DNA of 64,000 nucleotides from Glaucostegus cemiculus (taxonomy: Eukaryota). The stretch lies in the NCBI GenBank assembly GCA_976551045.1, contig CDPCPM010000160.1, positions 1,550,001 through 1,614,000 on the forward strand, in the 5' to 3' direction. Below the pieces are notes generated by a model. That model was not told where the DNA came from. It was given only the letters and a program-made list of their open reading frames with translations, and made no database searches. Both the position numbers and the translations under genes were made by a program. Below, piece by piece: positions 26,691-38,900 of the stretch (its first letter is position 1; each line of letters starts with the position of its first letter).

Positions 26691-27984
26691 TTTTAAAACA
26701 TCCGTTCCATGTCACCAGATCCTGAAAATAAACTTTTAAATTAACTGATGTTCATTTCTTTAGATCCTGTTTTTTTTTTCTCCACACCTGTTCCCCACCA
26801 CAGTGTGGATTGTTCTTCCTCCTTCCCTGAAGACACACGACAATATTCGTTTACCTCCTCGGCCATTTCCTTATTCTTATATATAGTTTAGAGCTTCCGT
26901 CTGCAAAACACCGGCGATTAACTCTTGCTGTTCCATTTCATGTTTATCTTTGGAGAAATTCCTTCGGTAGGACTCGTAGGTGAATGCAGATTATGTGGAT
27001 TGGGAATCTACCGAACAATAATGGGAGAGGGATTTTCCATTTTCACTGCCGTGTCTCTCTAAGCGGGACATGGGAACGCTCTAAGTAAATGAGTTCTGGT
27101 TCAATCCTCCACCTCTATTTTCACCCTCTTCCATCTCTATGACAGCTGCCCTTTCTCTGCTTTATTTCCCAACATCTGCATTCCCAAATACCCAATCTGT
27201 CAATATCGTCAGTTTGCTTCTACTACTTTCAGTTCTATGGACTGAGGTTGTTGTTTTGTACGGTTTCGCCCACTGAAATGTGGGGAATATATTGGCCTTT
27301 GAAGCCGTCCATTCAACCAGACGTCAGACCCTGATCTTCCACACTGTCTCATCTCTCGGTCCTCAATGCCCCTCCCCCCATTGAGTACCAGATTCCAGAA
27401 GGATTAACAGGGCGGGCGGGTACGGAGAGGTTATTTCCTCTGCGCTGTGGGGTGTGAAACCAGGGGAGGCTGTCTCAGAATAAAAGCTGTCCATTTAATA
27501 CAGTGATTAGGATGCTTTTATTCTCCAGAGGACTGTGAATCTTTGACATTCTGATCCAGGATGCAGCGAATATTCAGTCTCAGAGTGCAAAGTTTTTAGA
27601 TAGGGTAAGTCTTGATTATGGACTCTTAAGGATTCCGGAGATTGCAGGCGACGTGCGAGATCGGACTTGACCCGTCTGAAAGGCGGAGCCGGCTCGAAGA
27701 TTCGTGTGGTCTGCAGTTACCCACATGACCCCAGGTCCACGGATGCCAAACCACACTCCTGTAGTAACAGGCCTACGCCTGTGCTCTGCGCTGTTGCACT
27801 TTCGACCACACATTTGAAAGCAGCTGTTACAGTGTTGGTAACAGGTGTGCAGTTGTGCCTCTCCCTAGAAATGCCCACCTGCTGAATGTCTGAGCAGTGG
27901 AGCATCCTGACACAGGAATACCCTTCCCTAGATATAGGAAAGTTAATGTAGACTTTAAAGGAGGAGGCATCAAAATTGTTATTA

Positions 27985-28215
27985 ATTTATTTATTGGTAT
28001 TGGTATTGGATTATTATTGTCACATACCGAGGTACAGTGAAAAGCTTGTCTTCCAAACCAATCGTACAGGTCAACTCATTACACAGTGCAGTTACATTGA
28101 GTTAAAAGAGTGCATTGGTGTAGTACAGGTAAAAATAATAGCAGTACAGAGTAAAGAGTCACAGGTACAGAGAAAGAGCAGTGCAATAAGGTGCAAGGTC
28201 GCAACAAGTTAGATC
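27985..28215 (-). mobile_element. 3' end of a retroelement, same family as 9300-9635
   Basis: ttattggtattggtattggattattattgtcacataccgaggtacagtgaaaag matches the reverse complement of the 9300-9635 end. Confidence 0.55.
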
Positions 28216-29532
28216 GTGAAGAATATATAGCATGATTTTCCTTTGCATTTCGGGGATGCTCTAAATATATCATCCACAAAGAAAGATGGTGCAGGGAACA
28301 GACATTTGCAGCTTCCGAACCTTGGGTCAACTGTTGATAAATCGCTGACAAAGGGAGAAGCTCAGAACACCAGGGAAATGCGCAGTTCCGTGGCTTCTTT
28401 CACCTTCATTTCCAGAATCCAGAGTCGGAGAGGAATAACAAAGATTTCCTTCAGATTGTTATAGGATTCTAACGGCCATAACACGGCCACAGTCTCAACA
28501 ACTTAACCTTGAGTTTCTGATGATACATTAATGAACATTTCCTTTGTAGAAAGAAATGTGAAGTGTTAATGCTGGTGTTCAAGAGGATTTGGATGCACAT
28601 GTGTGGGGTACACGGGTGTTTAACATGAAGCTATAGTGTGCACTGAGGAGAAAGGTTATGGTGGCCTTTATGACAAACGCTTTGGAGACTCAGGGTACGA
28701 AATCCTGTTGAAACTGCGCAGGGTTTCGGCGAAAGTGGACATGATGTCCAACGTACAATCAACCAAAGGTAGGACAGACATGCCTTGAGGTTTCCCGCCG
28801 ACCGATGACCAATGAGGATGTGCCGAATCTGAGAGTCCTCAAAGAGATGTATATGAATGCTGAGGGTAATTGGAGGGCAGATGCTGAAAATGTTGATGCC
28901 ACTTTCCTATTTCCCATATTCGAAACCCTGGAATCGCGTAATGGGCCATCAATAAGATCGGGAAACACTGGAACGTGGAACAGAACGTGTGGTTCCTCCA
29001 CTCCGCTCCGCTCGGCAATAAGATAACGGCTAATCTGATCTTGGTCACACCTCAATTCCAGTCGGTCCCCATCAGTCGCAACCTCGGATGTCCAACCACA
29101 TGTCTGTGTCGGCTGTGAATATTGTACACTCAGTGACCCCACCTTCAAAGCTCGCCGAGGTAGAGAAGTCAAAAGGTTGACCATCCTCGTTGAGTACAAA
29201 CACCTCATCGTCTGCATGTTAATTGCGTGACCACTTACTCTGAAATTCTTCCCCGTGCGAGATATCCTCGCTCGTATCCTCTCTGACAGCACCAACCAAC
29301 CAAAACCCACTCCGGACTTTACAAGAATAGCACACAGCCAAGATATAGTTTGGGTGCAGTATTTTTATTCTCGGTTTTCTTTGGACGTGGAGTTCGGGTA
29401 CACGTGCGGCAAACGGGAAGCAGAGATGCGAAGGTGGTCAAACACCAAAGTCGGGGAGGAGGGTGATGCTCACGTTGTTGGTAAATTGTGAGTAGGCTTC
29501 CCCAGAAAGATGAGGGTCTGAAATGATCACCA

Positions 29533-29716
29533 TGTGTGTGAGTGCCTGTGTGTGTGTGTGTGTCTGTCTGTCCGTCTCTGTCTGTATCTGAGTGGCTGTG
29601 TCTGTGTATGTGTCTGTGTTTGTATGTTTGTGTCTGTTTATGTCTATCTGAGTTTTGCGTGTGTATGTGTGTGTGTGTGTCTGTCTGTCTGTGTTCATCT
29701 GTGTCGGTGTCTGGGT
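29533..29716. repeat. compound (TG)n/(TCTG)n microsatellite
   Basis: Directly visible TG/TCTG repeats. Confidence 0.9.
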
Positions 29717-29799
29717 GAGATTTTCTCTATTTCTGTTGCAGACAATTTGCAAGTGATTTTGATTCGCTGGAAATTCTTCGCTATCAGCTGAGCGAGGAC

Positions 29800-29911
29800 C
29801 GGACCAATCAGCGCTGCAGCTTCTGACGACTGACTCCAGTGATTTGGCCCGGAGACCAGGAAGCGCGGCTCAGTCTCCGAGTGTAACAAACACAGGCGCT
29901 GCTCTCTCGGG
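29800..29911 (+). promoter_or_regulatory. TATA-less proximal promoter/5' UTR of gene B with CCAAT box (29804-29808) and ETS-like CAGGAAG
   Basis: Inverted near-copy of 24853-24965. Confidence 0.6.
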
Positions 29912-29963
29912 ATGGAGGGGCTGCCGCTCACCGCGCTCGCTCTTTGTCTCTTCATACCTGCGG
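29912..29963 (+). CDS. gene B exon 1, signal peptide (MEGLPLTALALCLFIPA)
   Basis: gggATGG start; G|gtgagg donor. Confidence 0.93.
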
Positions 29964-32900
29964 GTGAGGGTCACTCTGTCGGAGAGATAGTTAACAAGGA
30001 ATCACAGCGGCGGAGGGTTGTGGAAAAGCGTATGAGCTTCCCAGAAACGATCTAATATTGAGCTAAGTGCAGATTCTGGAGTCTCTCCGCTTCTTTCGCT
30101 TTTCCCTCACACGAATTTTTCTTCCTCAGGTGAGTCACAGTTTACCATCCACGCAGAACACAGCCGGATCAATGTGACCGAAGGAGGAAATGCGTTCTTT
30201 TCAGTGCGGCCGACGGCCGAGTTCGCCGGTGGAAACTGGGGTTTCGATGGGAAAACAGTCGTCCAGTGGACGGATACAAAACCGTTCTATGGTAGTGGGT
30301 ACCAATCACGGGCTGAGCTGTTCACCTCCAACGGGTCGCTCCTACTGAAGATGGTGAACACCTTGGACAGCGGAGAGTACACTGTGACCATGTTTACACA
30401 TAGCGGCTCTTTAGCTTCAGCGACCGTCACTCTGCGCATCACTGGTGAGTGAGACATTGGTCGTGTTTAATCATTTCTTTGTGACTGCTGCTCTCATTTT
30501 AAGTTGGTGGTGAATGAATCTAATTTAATCATTCCTGTCCAACTCACTTGTCCTTACACTGTAAGTGTGCAACAGCTTACAGGCTGTTACATGGTCGCAG
30601 TGTAACTTGGTGAAGGAGGTATTTTTCCGGTCTGGAATTTGTAAATAAAGAGTAAGGCCGGTCTACCTTCGATTCATTTTCGGATATCTCTCGGGCAGGC
30701 ATCTGCCGTCTGGTAAACTACAGACAGAGGATGCATGTGGGGTGGGACACGGTGCCGTGTTTCTCTGCCTCAGCCTCCCTTTCACCTCACTCTTCCATCG
30801 CATGACAATGCTAGTGTTTACCACGCGATAAAAGGGAACTGCATTTTGATCCAGGAGTTAAATCAGTGTCCCCAGTTTTCCAGGGGGAGTCTGTGGAGAG
30901 AATATAAGCAGCAGGAGGGTTTCAGGTCGATGCCATTTCATCAGATAGTGAGTTGAGAAGTCAATGATATCCCATCGGACCAGGGGCTTTCCTCCTGCCT
31001 GTGATCGGCGCTCCCGGATCTTCTTGAAAGGAAAGATGTAGACCCTATTGCAACAAACGGCGGGACTTCCGGGCCTCATGACCTGCATCACCACGAGACA
31101 AGGTGGATTTGGCCTAATGACTTGTCCTTGGGTCTAGAAACTATTATTTATCACAGAGGGGTTGATGCACACTGCTACTGGAGCAGGGTCAGGAGTTCCG
31201 AAAACTTAAAATGCTCTACCGGAAGTTTTACTCCAATGGCCTGTGCCTGATGCATGTACAAATGATATGTTAGCAGAGCACAATAGTTTTTGATACAAGT
31301 TGTTTTAATTCACAAAGTGTATTTCTTTTGCTTTGAACTAACGGCGTGGAATGGAGATTTCAGTGGCTCAATTGCCTTAGAAAGTTGTTGATAACATTGG
31401 AGCGCCGGACTGTTATGTGCTTTACATTTTAACTGTCTGTCTCTTATCTTACGCCTTCCCAATACATGTTCAGAATTCAGTGCAGATGACGCTATTCTTT
31501 AACAGATCTACAGGTGGACTTCCTGATATTAAAGTGATTATTTGTATCCTTTGCACACCTCTTCAGTGTCGCTACTTTATCTACTTCACCTGACAAAACA
31601 AAGAGAGATACTGGGGTGCATTAGCAATACAGACTGTGGTTTAAAAGTTGTCCATACATTTCATTGTTGATTTGGAGCTAAAGATTAGGGATCAAGCGTA
31701 GACCTTCACCCTGCCCAGCCTTCTGAGTTATGTTTGTGGTAATAGATTTCCTTATTACGTGAGTTACTTTTAACACCAGCACATATCTCAATAGAGTCAT
31801 ATAGTCATACAGCACGGAAACAGGCCCTTCGGCCCACTGCGTACTTGCCCGCCATCAAGCACCCATTTCCACGTAATGTATTATTCTCCACATTCCCATC
31901 AACTCCCTCCAGACTCGACTGCTCGCCTACACCCTAGGGACAAATTGCAGTGGCCATTTAGCGAACCATTTTTTTGCGGATATTGGAACCATTTTGTTCC
32001 AAGGCTGCACATAACCAAGCAATGAAGATGACCGTTTATTGATTAAGGACAGGGAATTCGTTCCAGTTCTTTTGTATAAACAGGCAGAAACTTGGGCTTT
32101 CCTCTTTCCTCCATGACGCGGTCCAGACGACAGATCTCCCTGCTGACAGGTCAAAGCATTCAGAAGACTTGAAACAATGAGACACCCCACAGAATACCTT
32201 TGTTTCAGTTTTCTCACGCTTGGTTTGTAAATGTAAAGAGTAAAGCAGGTTGGGACATAACCAGAATTGTACGGACACAATTATACATTAGTTATAGTTG
32301 GTGTCTCTGCTGTCATCTCTGCACATGTTACTTTGATTGATGAGGTTGTAAATGGGTAGGAGCCGGTTTCATGGTATTTAGAAAGTTTTTATCAAGGTCG
32401 CAATAGCAGGTGTGATCCCCTCCATTCCAACAAGTTTTCGCTGGCTGTCATATTGATGCTGAAAGCCAGTCAGATTCAGTGTGTCGTAACCCGTCCAATT
32501 ACGTGGCAGCAACGGAAACGAACCTTGGCATTCCCTTTGGAAAGCAAATGTGCACCTGCTGTGTTAATATAATATTTAAGATCTGAACAACTGGTTGCGT
32601 TTAGATAGTTTCTATCATGTTCTAACTTATTCTCTGGTACCCATGGGAATTTTATGAAACAAAATTTGGAACCAGGATAATATGGGGCAGACGGCAGACG
32701 GCTTGGGCCAAAGGGAGATTTGAATGGGAGGAAGATGGGGAGGGGATGGAGATGGAGGGAGAGTGTCAGTGTGGACGGGATTACAACAACAAACAGTTGA
32801 CTGCTGCTTCCAGCAGAAATTAAAAACTAGATACATGAAAGGAAAGGAATAATCTCCTTTCGTGTGTTGGCGGTTGTAGATTAGAATCCGGAAGTGAAAC

Positions 32901-35900
32901 ATGTCCATTCATAACTCGTCGCAATTCCCAAGTTTAGACTGGTGTGGCAATGGGATGGGGAAGAGTTCCTGGGACATACCTGGCTCCGTCAGGTTTTATC
33001 TCCTTTGAAGTTGAGAAATATTGTGAAGCCACACATGAGTGAACCTTCAACTGAGTGACTGGAGATAGAACAGTGAAATCTCTGGTCACTACGTTAAACA
33101 ATAGATGTTCTCCAGAGAGAGTAGCAAGTCACCAATTACACTCCCAGCAAAGGCCCATAGGCAGCTCACACATCCATGACCCACGGTCAGACACAACACG
33201 ATCCCATTTCCAACGGCCGGGACCAGCAGTGCGAGGCCCGTTGTTTAAGGCGAGAATCTCATCTGCCCTCTGCATTTAAATAAAACTTTGCCACACTGCG
33301 CAGAACCAGACCATTCGACCCATCAATCCATGTCTGAACCTACACCAATCCACTTTAATTCTCTCCAGGTTCCCGACAATTCCTCCACGATTCTAGCACT
33401 CGGCTTAGCAGCAGGAAAATTTAGAGCAGCTAAATTCTGCTCCACTTCTGCTCCATAATTACCCGAGTGGAGGAGGAAGAATGGAGGAGCAGGTCATTGT
33501 TTAACTGGAGAGAGACAGCGGAGATCTGGGTGTCCGACTGCATGAAGCACTGGGAAGTTAGCGTAGACGTAGATAAGAATCAATGTTGTCGTCGTTGCAA
33601 AGGCGATGAATATGAATGGAGACAACTGGATAGACAATGGGTGAGATCATAGCTGCACGACTGCATGTAGTCCCTCTCTCTCTCTGTGCCTCTCTGTGCC
33701 TATCTGTCTTGCTGAATGTTGTCCTGCTGAGAGTGAGCGGGGTGCTCCCTGCTCCACTACCGAACAAGAGAAAAATGACTCCTCACTTTGCAAGAGTTAT
33801 ATTTTGCGTCATGTTCCAGTTATGGTTCTGCAACAGACAGAGCCCCGATATTGCAGAGGACAGACAAGTGGCTGGATCTGAAACCATCGAGGATACAGGA
33901 AGAAAGGTCAGCTCTGTAGAAAAAAAATAGATGGGAGATGCAAGCTCAACGGTTTAGAAATTGAACAGTGTTGCTGCCTCGAGTGACCTTTGTGTCGGTG
34001 TACACAAATCAATGAAATGTAACGTGCAGGTTCTCCGAACAATTAGGATGTAAATATTTAGCCCATACGTAACTGATACACAAATAAATCCCCTGACCTT
34101 TATTACAAAAGGGTCTGTGTATGAATGATACCATTTTCCAACTATATCGAGCCCTGATGAGAGAGCACTTTGGATATGGGGTTATCTACAAGTAGGGACA
34201 GGGTTTCAGAACAAGAGATCACGCTTTTAAGACTGAGGTGAGGAGTACTTTATAGCATTATTTCTCCGATATTTACTATTTATTTTAATGATACCGAGGA
34301 GGGGTGAATTCTCAGGTACTTTTTGTTTATCGTTAACACGAAAATAGTTGGATGGCACGTTCACATGAGGACACTGTGCCCCATCAACAATATATGAACA
34401 GATTGATTCAGTGGGCAAAACCCGGTCACAAAGAGTTTAATATGGGGAAGTGTGATGTCATGCACTTCAGTGAGTGGAATCCAAGGGCACACTATTAACT
34501 GAATGGAAAGATATTGCAAATGAGTGATGTACGAGGGATCCCAACGGAGCTTTGGCAAGAATCACAAGAACTTTGAAGGCAGCTGCAGCAAGTAGTTAAG
34601 GAGGCAACTAGTGTATTGGCACTTATTGCGGTGGGATTCAGAAATGGGAGGTTTGTTCCAGTTCTGCACGGTGTTGCTGAGGCCACTTCTGGAATGCTGT
34701 GCAGTTTTTTCCACTTACCGAAGAAGCGACACAATCGAGTTTGAGCGAGTCCAAAAGTGATTCCCAGAATAATTTATGCGATGAGAGGATTGTCCATTTA
34801 GAGAGACTCAACAGGTTTGGTCTGTATTCCTAGAATGTGGAAGAATTAGGTTCTCCTCTGAGGGCGGGGAACTTCATGACTTCTCTCCCCTAGACAGCTG
34901 CAGAAGCAGAAATATGGAGTTTATCCCAGGCCACCATTCCCAGACAATGAAAATACAAGAGAGTCGAACAGTATACCGAGAGGGCGGTAAATTTGTGTGA
35001 GGACAAGACTGGATCAACCATGATCTGAGTGATTTTTGGAGCGAGCTTCTTTAATTGGTCACATGTGGCCCCTGAATCGAGCTCGTAAACAGTTCTTGGT
35101 GTTTTCTCTTCGTTAACTAATTACTAGTGTGCAATCTCAGAGCACTATTTTGCGTCTGTTCAATAACTCATTTCGGATGTTAGTTGCTTCTTTTTGTTCA
35201 GGTGACTCGTTTAATTCCGCTTTTCATGTCATAAAACTCTCCTTTTCTCAACCTGACACAGCACACAAACTGTTACCGCGCCGTTCCATATTCCACTTGT
35301 CTTGCATTCATAAATCAAAAAGAAACAGAACCAAGATTCTCAAATACCAACTGATGTACTAATTACCTCTGTCACGCTCCTCTGCATCATAAGACACCAG
35401 TGATCGTTCCTTTCCTGTATTTTGACAGAAGCCATTTCTAAGCCCACCATCTCAGCCAATAACACTCATCCCGTAGAGCACAACGATGCAGTTGCTCTAA
35501 CGTGCGATGCCACTGGGTCACCAACCTCATTTGAATGGTTTCATCGAAATGAAACAATTCGCTCCGGGGATAGGACCGCCCTGACTCAGGGCAATAAAAC
35601 CCTCGTCATATCGGGAGTGTTGCGGACTGATGGAGAATTTGTGTGCCGAGTGTCTGATGCTTACAATGAAAAGAGAAGTGATCCATATAATCTGAATGTT
35701 GCCTGTAAGTGTAAAAACAAACTCCGCAAGCATTCGTTAATTATTACCAAACCTACGGAAAGTACTGGAAGGGAAGTTTTTCACTTTCTGTTTGTTTGAT
35801 CTGAATCAGATATCTGACACGAAATTTGTAAAAACGTACATGGCGTCATGGTTACATGTTAAACCGTGCACGTCTGAGCAATGTAGGTTTGGTAATGCCT

Positions 35901-38900
35901 GGGGAAGCTGACAGATAGGACGATGATCAAGGATTATGTTTCTTTGATTCCCTATCAATCACCTTGCCCAGGACAGAGTTTCCTTGGAAATGCTTTTCTT
36001 GGGTACATCAAACAAAGCTTTGTATCCACACCTCCAAGAAATTAGCGATTACAGCAGGTCGCTGTTGAAACAGACAATTTTAATTAGCAAAATTTGCAAT
36101 GCAAAGTTTACAAAGAATCAAATTCGAAAAATGGGATTAATGTTGAAGAAAGCTTTGTTTTCCATGAAATATTTAGGTTTAAGATTCGTTGCAAATTTAG
36201 TTTAGTTCAATTCTATGCATTGCACAGCTGGTAAATTGCATGATTTTACTGGCTTAATGGGGCGTGGGTGGCTCGTAGTTCGGTCGCACTCCGAGTTTTG
36301 CGTCATATTTGAACCAACCAATGCGTTTATTTTAGATGGACTGGAATCTCTAATCGTATCAATCAGCCCAGAGCTTGCTTTATATCCTGCGGGATCAAAT
36401 GTAACTTTTTCCTGTTCCACTGTTTCAAACCCCGCTGCTCAGTTTCAGTGGAATCGCAATAATTCAACACATCAGAAAAGCGGGAATCAGCTAATCATTG
36501 CAGACCTGTCCTTGAATCACACTGGCAATTACACTTGCAAAGCTTTCAACTCGATAACACAGAAATCCAGTGTGACAACAAGGTTCATTGTTGTTATAGG
36601 TAGGTGAAGAAGAAGGTGAGGGCTCCCTCCTTACTTATGGTGGCTGTTGTTGTGTTAGCTGCAAGATTAGCAGTAGATGTAGAGGAAATTGTGCGACATT
36701 GCGTCTGTTGGCGTTGTTGCTAAAATCTACTATTCTTGTTTTTAAATGTTGATTTCAGTTGTGAAGTTTTAGTTCATTTGCATTTTGTTCTATTTCTTCC
36801 TGTTTTCTTTGTAAAAACGTGGACGTTTGTATCAGGCAACTGATCTTCGCACTCAGACCTGAAGTTAAGAAGCAACTTACGTAGTTCTTTTTATGAACTT
36901 CATTGTGGGGAAATGGGATCTTAGCGCCAACGTTTGAGACCAAAGAAAAGCAGTGAATTCGTGGCAGGATTGTGTCCAATTCTAATCGGGGCACGGCTGG
37001 ATCAATGTGGACATTTATGGTCTCTGCACAACAGGAAGAATCTGACACCTCTGGAGAAGATGCAAGAGGTCTGACGCAGCCGCGGTCTGGTCCAGAAATT
37101 TATCATTCCAAGAATATCGGGCTGTAGTAGCTTTTTGAAGCAATACAGTCAATACAGCTGCATAAAATTATATACCGTATGATCGTTAACGAAATCGTGC
37201 CCCATGTGCATCCTGTGAAGCCTTCCCGCACTCGTGCGGATAAACTCTACCTGTCATCTTTCTGCCCATGTCCGTAACTGATCTATATTTTGCTTTATCC
37301 TTTGGCAACCTTCTTCACAGTTCACAATTCGAGAATTTGTTTAGTCTCCAAACCTACTGATCAGCCCGTCTACTTTTTCGTCGAAGTCACTTCTACAACA
37401 GGGGTTCCAATACGGACCCTGCGCAACACCACTGGTCACAGACCTCCAGCCAGAACAAACACCCTCCACCACTTCCCTCTGTCTTCTATGGCCAAGAAAA
37501 TGTTGAATCGATTCTACGAAGTCAAGGTGGACCCCGTGGGCCTTAATCTTCTGGAACGGGCTGCCTTGTCTAATGCCTCACGGAAACCCATGCAGGCAAC
37601 ATCCACTGCCCTACCCTCATCGATGGTCTTCGCCATCTCCTCAAAGAACTCAATCAACTTCGGAAGGTTATGACCAGCACAGCACAAAGCCTAGCTGACA
37701 CTGCCCAAACGACCCATGCTCTTCCAAATGCCAATAAAACACTTGCCTAAAATTCTTCTCAAAGAGCTTCCCTCCAATTGATCCGAGTCTCACTGATCTA
37801 TCATTTCCCCTACTGTCGCCTGCTGCACTTTTCAAACAAAGGGACAACTTTAGTTACTCTCCAGCCCTCTGGGACCTCGCCTGGGGTGAGAGTGGACACG
37901 AAAGTATAAGTCAGCGCCCCAGTAGTCTACACTCTCGCCTTTTTTAATAACCTGGGATGGATCCCATCAGGGCCTGGGGACATCCGTATGAATGTTCTTC
38001 AAGAGACTCAACACCACCTCGTTGGTCACATGACCATGCCCTGGAAACTTCGCATACCCCTCCCTGATCTCACTGTCCTCCACGCCCTTCTCCTGATCCC
38101 AAGTACTCATGTAGTGCCTCACACACTTCCTCTGGTTGCAGGCTCGGATTCATTCCGTTGTCCAGAAGTTCTCCTACCATCTCCTGGGCTACTTTATTCT
38201 TAATGCATGTACAAAGGGACAAAGGATATTCCAAAATCCTATTTTAAAAATGATATTTCGTGGTCATTTTTGGCCTAGTTCTTGCAAGAAAGAGTTCTTT
38301 CTTGCTTTCCTTTTATTCCTTAAGGGCAATGTCTGATTTCAGAGGCCTGTTGAATATTCCAGGCTATTTTACGACGGATGAGCGCACAATGGCCAAACAA
38401 CAGTGCTAACAGACCAAGCAAGCTACGCACACTGGCGATGCAGCTTTGGTTTGACGTGTTACGAGCCACTCCAGGCACGCAGCGTCCTCGGGATTTCAAG
38501 GTGAGAGCGGCTGACGCACAGTACGGCAGAAGTTGGCGAAAGACGAGATCCAGATAGGCAGTAGAAACTTGGCTCAGCATCCTTCATATTTAACATAGAA
38601 GAGTGTAGCACAGGAACCGTTCCGCCCGCGATGTTGTGCCGAACTAAAATACTCAGGGGGGAAAAAGCTGATTGTCAAAGGCAGTGAATTAATTCTGGGA
38701 TATCACAAAAGGAGATTATCGGGGCCGAATTCCCAGATAACGACCATCAAAGGATTTCGCCTCGATGAAACATTTCAAAATGAAAATGGATGTTTTCAAA
38801 TCAATGTCAGTGTTTAGGAACTAATATATGAAATAGTGATTGTAGCTGAAATCTGTTACCTGATAAAAATGAATGCTCTTTAAAATTTGGAAAGCACCAT

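Noticed and set aside
28759-29310. 183-aa ORF in the intergenic spacer
   Set aside because: No recognisable domain, non-ATG start and no supporting splice structure.
29438-29791. Cys/Val-rich and Thr/His-rich ORFs
   Set aside because: They are translations of the TG microsatellite.
24853-29911. Single shared bidirectional promoter
   Set aside because: The starts are 5 kb apart, each gene has its own duplicated CCAAT-containing proximal promoter, and the spacer is largely repeats.
24313-30444. Rearranging Ig/TCR/IgNAR V segments
   Set aside because: The N domains lack both canonical cysteines, end in normal GT donors, and show no flanking RSS heptamer-nonamer.
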